Shown: positions 12,201 to 24,544 of the stretch, piece by piece
Layout: each line of letters opens with the position of its first letter
Numbering within the stretch: the stretch's first letter is position 1
DNA from: Macrostomum hystrix
Lineage: Eukaryota; Animalia; Platyhelminthes
Length of the DNA stretch: 64,000 nucleotides
Assembly (NCBI GenBank): GCA_950097015.1
Contig: CATNEN010000038.1
Location: forward strand, 26,350,001 to 26,414,000
Direction of reading: 5' to 3'
The notes under the pieces: generated by a model
The model's input: the letters and a program-made list of their open reading frames with translations, nothing else
What the model was told of the DNA's origin: nothing
Databases searched by the model: none
Position numbers and translations under genes: made by a program

Positions 12201-15200
12201 AGCTGCAGTAATTCTTCCTAAATCGAATAGGTTTACAAAGTATCGTCTAAAGGACTCAGTCGGGATAGTAGTCTAGAGCATCTACCCCAACCTCGCAAAT
12301 TTAGTCCTACCAGTAATGAGATTGGGAAAGCAGCATAGGAAGATTGCCGGTACAGAGAAATAGAAACAAAATAGAATGACAGACCAAGGAGACCAAGGTT
12401 GATCATTCAACCGAGAACTCGCGCATGTATAATACTAAAAATAATAATAATAATAGTAGTGGAAGCCGTCATCGAACTGACAAGGGATCTAAACTGACCG
12501 AAGTGAGTGAAGTGATTAAATTACCCATTGCTAGCTCCTTAGACTGCCCATATATATGCATATATAGGATGTAGAACCAATCAGATCTCATCGTCCATGT
12601 ATATTGGTGTCTCCACTATACCTTCCTATCTAATCTGGGCAATAAAATCTCATCTGAGGAGGAAAGCGACTCCGGGATCGGAATGGGGGCTGAAAAATAT
12701 AGGAAATTTCTCGAGGCATAGGAGAAACCGAGGGAAAATGAAAGCCGGGATCGACAAGGAGAAAATGGAAGGAAATGATTGAGTGGAGGTAAAAGCGGAG
12801 GTTGGAGACTTACTTAGACTAACTTATTAAAGTATTTACAGATATTCTTTAACCTAAACTATTTCAGCGAATGATTTCAAGGTCACGTACTCAATCAACT
12901 GTAAGAAGCAACTCAATTACTGAAGGAGTGGAGTAGAGAAGGCGCTAATCCACTGAAGGACTGGAGTAGAGAAGGCGCTAATCCACTGAAGGACTGGAGT
13001 AGAGAAGGCGCTAATCCACTGAAGGACTGGAGTAGAGAAGGCGCTAATCCACTGAAGGACTGGAGTAGAGAAGGCGCTAATCCACTGAAGGACTGGAGTA
13101 GAGAAGGCACTAATCCACTGAAGGACTGGAGTAGAGAAGGCGCTAATCCACTGAAGGACTGGAGAAGAGAAGGCGCTAATCCACTGAAGGACTGGAGTAG
13201 AGAAGGCGCTAATCCACTGAAGGACTGGAGTAGAGAAGGCGCTAATCCACTGAAGGACTGGAGTAGAGAAGGCGCTAATCCACTGAAGGACTGGAGTAGA
13301 GAAGGCGCTAATCCACTGAAGGACTGGAGTAGAGAAGGCGCTAATCCACTGAAGGACTGGAGTAGAGAAGGCGCTAATCCACTGAAGGACTGGAGTAGAG
13401 AAGGCGCTAATCCACTGAAGGACTGGAGTAGAGAAGGCGCTAATCCACTGAAGGACTGGAGTAGAGAAGGCGCTAATCCACTGAAGGACTGGAGTAGAGA
13501 AGGCGCTAATCCACTGAAGGACTGGAGTAGAGAAGGCGCTAATCCACTGAAGGACTGGAGTAGAGAAGGCACTAATCCACTGAAGGACTGGAGTAGAGAA
13601 AGCGCTAATCCACTGAAGGACTGGAGAAGAGAAGGCGCTAATCCACTGAAGGACTGGAGTAGAGAAGGCGCTAATCCACTGAAGGACTGGAGTAGAGAAG
13701 GCGCTAATCCACTGAAGGACTGGAGTAGAGAAGGCGCTAATCCACTGAAGGACTGGAGTAGAGAAGGCGCTAATCCACTGAAGGACTGGAGTAGAGAAGG
13801 CGCTAATCCACTGAAGGACTGGAGTAGAGAAGGCGCTAATCCACTGAAGGACTGGAGTAGAGAAGGCACTAATCCACTGAAGGACTGGAGTAGAGAAGGC
13901 GCTAATCCACTGAAGGACTGGAGTAGAGAAGGCGCTAATCCACTGAAGGACTGGAGTAGAGAAGGCGCTAATCCACTGAAGGACTGGAGTAGAGAAGGCG
14001 CTAATCCACTGAAGGACTGGAGTAGAGAAGGCGCTAATCCACTGAAGGACTGGAGTAGAGAAGGCGCTAATCCACTGAAGGACTGGAGTAGAGAAGGCGC
14101 TAATCCACTGAAGGACTGGAGTAGAGAAGGCGCTAATCCACTGAAGGACTGGAGTAGAGAAGGCGCTAATCCACTGAAGGACTGGAGTAGAGAAGGCGCT
14201 AATCCACTGAAGGACTGGAGTAGAGAAGGCACTAATCCACTGAAGGACTGGAGTAGAGAAAGCGCTAATCCACTGAAGGACTGGAGAAGAGAAGGCGCTA
14301 ATCCACTGAAGGACTGGAGTAGAGAAGGCGCTAATCCACTGAAGGACTGGAGTAGAGAAGGCGCTAATCCACTGAAGGACTGGAGTAGAGAAGGCACTAA
14401 TCCACTGAAGGACTGGAGTAGAGAAGGCGCTAATCCACTGAAGGACTGGAGTAGAGAAGGCGCTAATCCACTGAAGGACTGGAGTAGAGAAGGCGCTAAT
14501 CCACTGAAGGACTGGAGTAGAGAAGGCGCTAATCCACTGAAGGACTGGAGTAGAGAAGGCGCTAATCCACTGAAGGACTGGAGTAGAGAAGGCGCTAATC
14601 CACTGAAGGACTGGAGTAGAGAAGGCGCTAATCCACTGAAGGACTGGAGTAGAGAAGGCGCTAATCCACTGAAGGACTGGAGTAGAGAAGGCGCTAATCC
14701 ACTGAAGGACTGGAGTAGAGAAGGCGCTAATCCACTGAAGGACTGGAGTAGAGAAGGCACTAATCCACTGAAGGACTGGAGTAGAGAAAGCGCTAATCCA
14801 CTGAAGGACTGGAGAAGAGAAGGCGCTAATCCACTGAAGGACTGGAGTAGAGAAGGCGCTAATCCACTGAAGGACTGGAGTAGAGAAGGCGCTAATCCAC
14901 TGAAGGACTGGAGTAGAGAAGGCGCTAATCCACTGAAGGACTGGAGTAGAGAAGGCGCTAATCCACCAATGGACAGAAGTGCTTTAGAGAATGCGCTAAT
15001 CCACTGAAGCATCATACAAGCTAAGGCAAATTAAAAAAGAATAGAGCTAAAAAAATGAACAATGTACCTTCATGTCTAGAATATTTAGTGTGCCCCGAGT
15101 ATGCATAGCTGCTACATATTTAACTGAAGCGGTATTGGAGTCATAAAGGCAGTACTGTGCAGTTTAAGTATTTTATTAATCATTACTGCAGCTCTTTTCA

Positions 15201-18200
15201 ATGGCCCATTTTTTGCGCAATGGCAAATCTCCTTGCCTTAGTAATCACAAACTAAGAAGGTTGGTAGATGCTCGTATATTATTTCAGTAAAGGATAGTCA
15301 AATACTAAGCAAACTGATCAGACGAAACTAAAATTCACATTAGTCAATTGAATGACAGAGAAATCAAACTGTTAGACAGGGAAAATCAAACTGTTAGACA
15401 AGAAAACCACCCTGTTAGACAGGAAAATCACCCTGTTAGACAGGAAAATCAAACTGTTAGACAGGGAAATCAAACTGTTAGACAGGGAAAATCAAACTGT
15501 TAGACAGGGAAATCAAATTGTTAGACAGGGAAATCAAACTGTTAGACAGGGAAATCAATATGCTAGACAGGGAAATCAAACTGTTAGACAGGAAAATCAA
15601 ACTGTTAGACAGGGAAATCAAACTGTTAGACAGGGAAAATCAAACTGTTAGACAGGGAAATCAAACTGTTAGACAGGGAAATCAAACTGTTAGACAGGGA
15701 AAATCAAACTGTTAGACAGGGAAATGAAACTGTTAGACAGGGAAATCAATATGCTAGACAGGGAAATCAAACTGTTAGACAGGGAAATCAAATTGTTAGA
15801 CAGGGAAATCAATATGCTAGACATGGAAATCAAACTGTTAGACAGGAAAATCAACCTGTTTGACGGGGAAATCAACCTGTTAGACAGGGAAATCAAACTG
15901 TTAGACAGGGAATATTAACATTTTAGACAGGGAAGATCAACATTTTATTTTCTGTGTTTTCGAGATTGAGATTGACAAAAATATAATAAAACGTTTGCCA
16001 GAAAACTGCGAGAATTTTTTCAATATGCGTGAAATTTTTCTAAACCCGTTGGCTAAATATTCAGAAGATTCTTCAATCGAAAATTTTACACTGGCCACGG
16101 TTAAAGTTTTTGTAGTACCGATCAAAGCGACAGGAACTAGAGCTAAGGATAGGGAGAATTTGGGATTTGGGAGGATCTAAAAATTGGGATAGACAGAATT
16201 TTCACTCACTAAACTATAAGAATCGCCGCTCTATACTATATGCGGAGCCCGATGTACTCAAACTGAGGTCCTTCTGTCTGTCTCGCTGTCTCCCCCTGAG
16301 CAGGGATCGAGACACACGTTTGAGGGAATAAGTGCAATCTCTCTCGCTATAGTCACTTCTGGCTGTTCCCTCACGTCTTCCGTCTCTCTCTCTCTCGCGC
16401 TTCCTACTCCAGTCGCCGTAAAACGAAACCCGACTCAACAATATTCTATACTAATCCCCCTGCCGAATAATCCCCTAGTTCAGAAAAGGAAATCTGGCAA
16501 AAAACTGGAACGATGTTATAGCGCCAAGAGGGAATTTATATTGTTTTGATTCAATGAGAACTATATAGTTAGGGCATGGCGAAGAGAATGATGCAAAATA
16601 CAGGAGAGCATATAGGGTGGATAAAAGTGCACAGAGGTTGCTATGGCAGCGCTTTGGGATCGTTCGGTCTGGCCAAATCTTTTAGTTGGATGGCTCAAGT
16701 GATGATTTTTCCCCCTAACTTTTCTCTCCCTTACCCAATCTGCGAATGTACGTGACATCGATGCGAGGAATGGGGAGAGAATGAAATTCTAGACTAGGAG
16801 TCGGCAACCCCCCTGTTTTAAAAAATATTTAGAAGTTTCAGAAAGCTCTTTGATCTGCCTTCTTGCAGCCTACTCTCACATGCTTCTCATCTCTCTCATC
16901 TCACCACTACCTCTGTCTCATCTCTCTCCTGTTTCATGTCTTCTATGTCTCATCTCTCCCACGCCACGGTAGCGATATATATCCCGTATCTCACCTCTCC
17001 GGTCTCCTCTCCCGTGTCTCATCTCTCCCGTGTCTCATCTCTCACGTGTCTCATCTCTCACGTGTCTCATCTCTCACGTGTCTCATCTCTCACGTGTCTC
17101 ATCTCTCACGTGTCTCATCTCTCACGTGTCTCATCTCTCACGTGTCTCATCTCTCACGTGTCTCATCTCTCCAGCGTCTCATCTCTCACGTGTCTCATCG
17201 CTACCGTGTCTCATTCTCTCCAGTCTTATCTTCCCGTGTATATCTATCCCGTGTCTCATATCTGTCATGAAATCGTCTTATCTCCGTTTCATCTCAATAG
17301 CTATGACTTGATGTAGTCTTTTTCAAGGTGTTATAATGTTGCTTAGATTAATTTGAGCTCGGCGATAAAAAATATATTACCGAGCTTCATCTGTTTCGCT
17401 ATCTGGAGTGATTGAATCACTAAGTGGAATAATAAAGGATATCTTACTTATTTGTGAGTTAAACGTTAAACTATTTGTAAATAATACATTTCGTCAGATA
17501 ATTATAACCATGGTTGAAGCGGGGCATATACAAAATAGCTAGCTCTAACCTCAATTAATATTGGTCTATTTTCAACCAGCACCTTTTATGAAGTACGCAA
17601 TCCTTCCCTCCCAAAATATTTGGCGCTAATCGATACTTTCAGAGAGAGGAAAAAACATTAGGCGAACTAAAAAATCAATGAATCCCAGGGCAAAGCTTAA
17701 CTTTTTGACAGTGAACTGGGCGTACAGTAGATAAGTGATCTCACACGAGTGAGTTGGCGCAAGCATTTAACTGGCTAGTTAACTCAACACAAGGACCAAT
17801 TCCACCTAATATTTTTGAGCTAGCCCGTATTTTTTGATTGCGAAAAATACAACAGAAACGTTGGCTGTATATATATATATATAATTCAATATTTAAAAGC
17901 GACTCGTAAAAAATCAATAGAAAGGCTAGACAGACAGATTGACAGCCAAACAGGCAGATAAGCAGACTCAACCGTAAACAGTCTATTAGTCAGGCAGAAC
18001 AGACCGACAGGCACACTGAGAGATAGACAGACAGACAGGTAGCCAGCCAGCGAGGAGGCAATTCTTCCCTTTTCGCTGATTCCTGAGCACACACGCAGAT
18101 ACTGTACGCAGGCACAGGCTCACACAGGTTTTCCCATTGTCAGGCAGTGTACAGTATCTCTGTGCCTTGGAGGCTGGCCCTTCAAAATCATCCAAAGCCT

Positions 18201-19092
18201 TCACTCCGTGGCTGCGCCAAAAATAAATGTGGCCTCGCTGCGGAATCGAGCTCAGGAACCTTGACGTGAGAGGCAGACGCGTTGGACCGCTCTGCCACTG
18301 ATCCCCCAACAGGTAGGCAAGAAGGCAGACACAGACAGGCAGACATGCTCACCTGTGCTTATGAATGATGGCATTGAAGGCCAGGCCGTCGCGCCAGCTA
18401 TTAGTGAAATTGCGGACGTTCACATTGGCGTAGCCAGCGGTTTTCATTTGGCACCAGAGCAGCAGGGCGTCCTTGGCCATTCGGGTGTCGCCAGTGCTCA
18501 CACCCAGGGGCGGAGTTGAGTAGGCCAGACCAGTTGAGGGCGGCGCAGCGGACATGTACGGAGCAGCCGTGCTGGCAACGCTGAAGTCGCGCCTATCTAA
18601 CACAACATCCTGAATCTGGAATCGCAGGATGATAGTCCAGATTAAGCCGAGTGTAAGCCTGGAACTGCCGTCCACAATGTCGTGAGCGCCCATGTTCTCC
18701 AGGTGAACGCACTGCTCGTTGAGGTAGGCGAGAGCTTTGTCCACATTCTCAAGGCAGTGGATTCGCATTCGACCGCGAGTTGGCCTGGGCAGTTGGTCGC
18801 CAGTGATGAGTTCAAGTAGGCGCAGGAGTAGCCGACCGTCTCGCAGGTCCAAATAGAGCTCGTCAACTCGCAGCGACTCTCTGGCTAGGTGAGAATTCAC
18901 CCACTTAGTGAAGGTCTTCTTCTGCACAGCTTCTCGCTCGTCGGCGAGTGCCTTAATACGAGACCGTTCAAAGAGTTTAGCAGTCGAATTGCCGGACTCA
19001 AAGTCGGACAGGTCGCCATTGTCGGTGTGACTGTTGTTGGGGACATCCGGTTCCCAGTGGATGGCCCGGTGATTTGTTTCCAGCTCCACCAT
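285..19092 (-). CDS. SPTBN1: Spectrin beta chain (CH1-CH2 actin-binding domain plus spectrin repeats); 3' end lies beyond the left edge
   Basis: Motifs [85 protein letters not shown] exons join in frame: 19092-18353, 10895-9767, 9674-9185, 8931-8528, 8369-7800, 7662-7138, 6707-5913, 4764-4393, 4066-3671, 2998-2806, 2239-1683, 513-285. The symbol denotes the family (conventional beta-spectrin), not one-to-one orthology. Confidence 0.96.
612..1555. repeat. Intronic minisatellite, 55-bp unit, about 17 copies
   Basis: Unit TACACTTCTTATCTGATTCAGTCCAAACCCCTAAGCCCTTCCTTCCCTCTGAATG; copies degenerate toward 1640. Confidence 0.97.
2435..2645. repeat. Intronic 16-bp minisatellite (GAGAGATGAGACACGG)
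   Basis: Tandem units visible; same family, in opposite orientation, as 11030-11320 and 16880-17295. Confidence 0.92.
3062..3640. repeat. Intronic minisatellite, 43-bp unit, about 13 copies
   Basis: Unit CATTCATTCCTTCTCCACTCTCTAGCCCCAGCAGCCAAGTGTA. Confidence 0.97.
4855..5660. repeat. Intronic 12-bp minisatellite with 96-bp higher-order repeat
   Basis: AGGAGTGACTCT / AGGAGTGAACTC variants recur as 8-unit blocks (32-aa period in the ORF track). Confidence 0.95.
6717..7058 (-). mobile_element. tRNA-derived SINE, family B, full length with (ATT)n tail and 13-bp TSD
   Basis: Head GGGGCG...CCAGAGCGGTTAATGCG...GAGCTCGATTTTG; body shared with 18043-18306; flanks CCACCTGCGGTTT (6704-6716) and CCACCTACGGTTT (7059-7071). 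Confidence 0.85.
11030..11320. repeat. Degenerate TCTCATCTCT-type minisatellite
   Basis: Pyrimidine-rich tandem units related to the 16-bp family. Confidence 0.85.
12918..14966. repeat. Highly homogeneous intronic minisatellite, 33-bp unit, about 62 copies
   Basis: Unit CTGAAGGACTGGAGTAGAGAAGGCGCTAATCCA; source of the spurious 700-aa ORF. Confidence 0.98.
15355..15935. repeat. Intronic 21-bp minisatellite
   Basis: Unit GACAGGGAAATCAAACTGTTA, with some 22-bp variants. Confidence 0.96.
16880..17295. repeat. Intronic 16-bp minisatellite (CACGTGTCTCATCTCT)
   Basis: Perfect core at about 17030-17170 with degenerate flanks. Confidence 0.93.
18043..18306 (-). mobile_element. tRNA-derived SINE, family B, second copy
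   Basis: Head GGGGATCAGTGGCAGAGCGGTCCAACGCG...GAGCTCGATTCC; body aligns by eye with 6717-7058 (GGCCACATTTATTT..GGCGCAGCCACGGAGT); ACAGGTAG on both flanks. Confidence 0.8.
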
Positions 19093-22000
19093 GCTCTGAG
19101 TGGCGCTTTGACTTTCAGCTGTCGAGCTTTGTCTATGCACAGATGGCTTGCTTGCTAGAGATCTTATTTATAAATGTTTTATGCCTATCTAGAGTCTGAT
19201 AAGCTTTGAAATTTATGTGCAAAAAGGCTTGTCTGAAAGGATAAAATAGGATTTCAATTCTGAATAAAATTACAATACGATTTTTATGCTCAGTTAGTCT
19301 CATAAACTCGTTTTATATTTTATAAACAACTAGCCAACTTTTTTTTAACACAAAAAATCGTGCTACATTAATTTTATCTTAATGTTTACAATTACATAAT
19401 ATATTGTATAAAGTGAGGTTTCAATTATTTGCAAAAAAATAATGAAAATTAATTTTTATAATGTACAAAAGTATATGTTACTGTCTTTAAACCACTTTAA
19501 TCCATTCACATAATAACTTTTATTTAAATTTATACATAAGATATTTGAGTAACCAAAGGAAACATATGGCATAGGTACAATTCAGGTAGGAAAAATGGAG
19601 GGCTTTATCCTGTTTTTGGACAAGGCAACACACAGCCAATGCATTGTAGGTATGTAGCTAGTGTAGGTATGAAGCTGTACAAAAATGTTGTTTGTATTAT
19701 TAAAAAAACTATATAATATTAATAATTTTTTTTATTATAACTATAATAATAACAAATATTATTATTATTACTAAAAGAAAACACATTTCAACTTTCATAG
19801 GGTATATTACAAAAAAACGAAAATTTAAATGTATTTGAAAGTCTAGGTCATAATAAAAAATATTCTTATTAAAAATAAAAAATAATAAACAAACTGTTTT
19901 CTGAACCTTAATGATTTGCACAATTAAGAATTAGATAGACATAAATCATACATCCAAACATACATAATACATACATAAATGCATAGAGGCTGGCTAAATT
20001 TGTGTTTCTATCAAGCCAAAAGGTTTCTACTTTTCAAACAGCCAGTTAAAAGAAAAATTATGCAAGATAATTAATACAGCTTGTTGAAATTATCACAAAC
20101 AGTTTACCAGAAAATAACTGTCGACATCTATTATGGTTTATTAATTTTTATTTAAATATCTATATATATAATAAACATTTAATATTTGAGTACGATTAAT
20201 TTTTTACTACTTTACTTTGGATTGTCTTGATTTAATCTGTCTCAATCAGGTCATTTTTTGTAGTACCAAAGTTACATAGAACTTAAATGTAAAAAATTAT
20301 ATAGTATTTAAAGTAAAACAACAATAGTTGGCAAAGCATTTTTGTTCTAGTTTATTAGTACAAAACTTTTTAATTTCTATGACTTTTTTAACCCAACAGA
20401 TTTAAAACCAAACAGTTATCGCCACGCAGAGCAAAATAACTGTACACTGCCGATTAATTCAAGATCGCAACTTTCCGATTTGTCGCATTCTAGTGACACA
20501 TATCCCTTTATCTAAAATAAACTAATAAATTTACTTATAATACAAAAAGGTAATAATTACTTTTTTCTAAGCATTTTCTTTAAAATAATAGGTTTCTTTT
20601 GTTACTCTATGAATTTCCACACCGTTATTCAGAATGAAACTCGCAGAAATAAACGGAATAGGAAGGGAAGGTTACAGATTAGAGAACTCACTGATAAGTG
20701 ATTCAGATAACTTTTTATCAATCATAATATTTTAGCGCAATTTAGATTAAATAGTAGAAAACACCAATACCTATCGAATAAACTTTTCAAAAAGCAAAAA
20801 TAATTTTTATTTCTGCGTTAAAACTTTTAGATGGAATACTAGAACATAAATTTGTTGTCTTCCGTCCCTTCAACAGTTGATAGTAAAGCGGGGCTTCTGG
20901 TGCAAAACATTTAAGTTTTATAGGTCATAATATATATAAGCACTTTATTATTCCCAGCCACATTAAAAAAGGGAGCTCGAAGCCTTTTTTAAATCAACAT
21001 TAATAATTTTTTCCGTATCAAGCACAAACTTGAAAATATGCTTTAAAGCATATAATCCGGATTTCTCGTATTAACTATAAATAATAAAATGTATGCCCAG
21101 AACCCCCGACTTCTTAGCTCTGATAAACTTTCATTCGTCACAAGTTTCAGAGTCCATAGTACCATGAATATAAGTTATCAATATTCTCAACATATACACC
21201 CGTTCAATTAATAATTGTTATTGCGAGCTCTCGATATCTTCACCGTTAAAATTAACAATAATTCCATCTTCAGTTTCAAAGGTCAGCTCAATCTCATATA
21301 TATTTTGTTACTTAATACAACACGTTTCATATGATATGGCTTCTCCACAAGTCATTTGCGAGCAAATTAGAAAAAAAATAGTAATATTTGTTCGCTCCTT
21401 AAAATATACCATTCGTTTTAAAACCAAACCGTCTGTATATATAATTTACAAAAGCAAGTACATGCAGTGTGAGAAGAAATGTGCTGCTGTAATACAGAAA
21501 GCGTCAAGGACCACTAGAAGAAGAAGGACGCGTGGCGCTTTGTTTCTAGGAATATTTATTAGAGGCAGTTTTTTGACGAAAAATATGCACTAGCTCGAGA
21601 TAAGAATTCTTGGCATTTGTTTTTTCACATTAAAATGTCGATAATTTTTTATTTATAAATAACTCGTTTTTATAAACTTTCCAAGAAATGAAGTTTCCAG
21701 TCGCGACGCCAACTACTTAGTGGCTCGTACTATTAAACTTGTCCCCGTGGTGTTTCTCGTCTGGGAAATATATGTACGTAATATCGTGCCACTGCTAACT
21801 CATTTTGCCGGCTCATGCCCTGGATTGGGTTTATTAGTGTCATTCAAATTGTATTTCAAGCTAGTTTGAACGGACCGCAATATTTATCCTAGAATTGTCC
21901 ACCCTTCGGTAAGGTGAGGAAGTTTTTCTAGTACTCCATGGCGTCAGGCCTACTTTATTATTTATAATTTAGTTTAAAAAACATTTGTTTAAACATGAAA

Positions 22001-22888
22001 GAAAATAAAATACAAAACTCTACTGCAGTGGCAAAGGATAATTTTTATGAAAAAACGGAGCCACAATTCAAGACGACTCGCCGAACTATAAGTAAAGAAC
22101 CAAAAGTGGCAGTTGAAAAATGTCTATCAAATCTTTTTTTCCGCCTTTTAAATTTATGAGGCCATACTTTTATAAGCCGAACCAGTCGTATCAAGGAGAT
22201 CTTTTATTATTCCAAACGATTCTGGATATAAGTATGCCAATCACAGTCGTAGACATTGCATCACGATAGAACGAAGCCAGGCCATTTAAAACAAAGAAGT
22301 CAGAAGTTGTAGCAGCAGCAGCTCTCGAAGACATTGATAACAAATCGCCTCGTAATTAATAACCCGGAAATATTAATGACAGATCCAGGAAAATGATTCA
22401 CGTATAAACTCTATACGGGAAAAGAGAATATCTGTGGAAACTGCGAAATCTTCTGGACCTAGGGCAAAAGGCTCACTATATAAGAACATAATATAGTATG
22501 TCGCATTTATAAGGGGGATAAGTTTCTTCCGTTTGTATTGAAATGTAAGTACAAAACTGGCTTGCGAAAATCTTTAGAATACAAAGTGCATTAAAAAACA
22601 TCGTACAATAATATTCTTAGATCGCTAATCAGAGAGATGAATAAAGATTGTATTTTGAATGAAATTTATCATTAATCTAAAAGTAGAGCATTAATCTAAA
22701 AGTAGATTAATGCTTTTTAATCTACTTTTAGATAATTAATCTAAAAGTAGACCTATAATTAATCTAAATTAGCGCCTGTAATAAAATATTTAATTATCAA
22801 TAGACATTTGAAACAGAGACCAGTCATACTGTTATTTTATCAAAAAGGTAATATGTATTCATACAAAAAATCAACAAAACGAATGTAA

Positions 22889-24544
22889 TTAGATTTTTTC
22901 GTTTTTGGAAACGCAACGTCGCAGACTTTTAAGTGCTCTTTTCTTGCTGACTTTCTTCCACGCTTTTGGCAACTCGTTCACTGATCGCTTGTATTGAATT
23001 GCAAGGTCATCGACGAACCGAGCACAGAACCACATCCAGAACTTGGAGCTTTTGTTGCTGGCATCAGGTTTGATGTCCCAGTCGGGAAAATACCTCTTGT
23101 ACTTCTTGTACCGATGGTACACAGAATTATCGTTGCCACAAGAAGCGCACGAAGGAGTCTGCACATTGTACGCTCTACAGAACAAGTGGTTGAACTTCAT
23201 CCCTTCTGCACTGACCGAATAATTACAACTCCAAAAGCATAACTCTTTCGTTTCTCGAAGATCGACTCCAACGACCGCCTGCGGTCGGTGCTGCAGACAA
23301 GTGTGAGGTGTTTTCTCCTTTTCATAATGAGTAGCGTCGTCTTTGCAGCACGGCTCCCTACAGAATGGGCACAGGGCCGAGCAACCCCAGAGACTACTGA
23401 GTACCAGCCGACTAAGAGCCTCTCCTGGCGAAGTGTCTATTTCGTGAGTGTCAAGAGACTGCTTGTAGCTCTGTTCCAATTTCACAATTGCCTGTTGAAG
23501 AGCTGGACGAAAGAAATCGATGAATTCATTAAGTTTCACAGTCTCTTCCACCCGGATCTCGGCTGTAAAAACGGTCTCTAAATCTTGCGGACGAACTGCC
23601 AGTTCGCATTCAACATTTTTGCAAAAACATGCAATCCAAGATTTCAGAGTGCCAGAATGCTCACTGCATGCCTTCTCATCAGCCCTGGTAACTGCATCGC
23701 GCATGGGACCGATCAGCTCTGCTGTGATCACAGAAGCTAGTCTGGTATCGTCGCTACCTGCTGCTTTACTGGTCAAAAACTGCGGTATGAATTTATCCAG
23801 CCATCTCAGAGCTGCTGATCTAGAATTGTTAACGTACAAAATCAATTCTTCGAACTTTTCTTCGTCAGCAAAGTCATTCAGCATTCTAACAATTAAATGA
23901 GACTTTCCACAGCCAATCTCTTGAATAATTATGGACATCACCTTTCCTTTTAACTGCTGATTGACAGCCTTCCGAATGACCGTGATCAGGTGATCCTTAA
24001 CGTAATCAGCAGCAATTTTAACTGTACTCTGTCTTTGAACCATGTTCGAGAATGAATTTCGAATCTGTTCCTTGATCAGAAGAGTCTTGGCCTTGATGCT
24101 GCAGCTTTCACGAAACCGATTGTCAAAGGCTACAAAGTGTGGGTATGCGTATCGTAGTGCTATAACTACCAGTTTTATCTCGAAGACTGCAGTGATGCTG
24201 GCCCCTTCGTAGTAGATCAATGCAGTTGACAAACCGGTTGCTACTACTTTATGAACTCGACCAGCATCTGCTTCTTCGAACCATCGGTTAGATGTGGCAA
24301 TAGCAGCAACCTCAGTTTTGACCTGCTGCAAAATCTTGTTGCTAATGGCAGTAAGCTCTTCGGTCGCATTCTTATTAGTGATCCCAACAGATTTCTCATG
24401 TGAGTTATGTAAATCGTCATGAGAACTCTCTCTGGACACTTGAAAAAGTGAAGTTTCGTCGTTTCCAAACAAAAGCTGTTCAGTTAGGTGACTGGCTACT
24501 GGGAAGATCTGCAGAATCCTCATCAAGAAAGGAAAGATCCTCAT
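22889..24544 (-). CDS. C-terminal part of the very large inducible GTPase (shifted frame)
   Basis: GCSALCPFCREPC, HTCLQHRPQ, YKKYKRYFPDWDI and FWMWF match the GVIN-family C-terminus; overlaps the end of the upstream ORF in another frame. Confidence 0.85.
   Translation of the reverse strand: MRIFPFLMRILQIFPVASHLTEQLLFGNDETSLFQVSRESSHDDLHNSHEKSVGITNKNATEELTAISNKILQQVKTEVAAIATSNRWFEEADAGRVHKVVATGLSTALIYYEGASITAVFEIKLVVIALRYAYPHFVAFDNRFRESCSIKAKTLLIKEQIRNSFSNMVQRQSTVKIAADYVKDHLITVIRKAVNQQLKGKVMSIIIQEIGCGKSHLIVRMLNDFADEEKFEELILYVNNSRSAALRWLDKFIPQFLTSKAAGSDDTRLASVITAELIGPMRDAVTRADEKACSEHSGTLKSWIACFCKNVECELAVRPQDLETVFTAEIRVEETVKLNEFIDFFRPALQQAIVKLEQSYKQSLDTHEIDTSPGEALSRLVLSSLWGCSALCPFCREPCCKDDATHYEKEKTPHTCLQHRPQAVVGVDLRETKELCFWSCNYSVSAEGMKFNHLFCRAYNVQTPSCASCGNDNSVYHRYKKYKRYFPDWDIKPDASNKSSKFWMWFCARFVDDLAIQYKRSVNELPKAWKKVSKKRALKSLRRCVSKNEKI

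Noticed and set aside
12913-15015. 700-aa ORF ([11 protein letters not shown])n
   Set aside because: By-product of a 33-bp intronic tandem array; no splice-compatible context or codon-level divergence.
16205-16440. Possible solo LTR or alternative first exon in spectrin intron 1
   Set aside because: GC-richer block ending AACA, but no matching terminus, TSD or second copy in the window.
24430-24500. Micro-intron repairing the GTPase frameshift
   Set aside because: Only a weak GTAGCC donor is visible; cannot be supported without transcripts.
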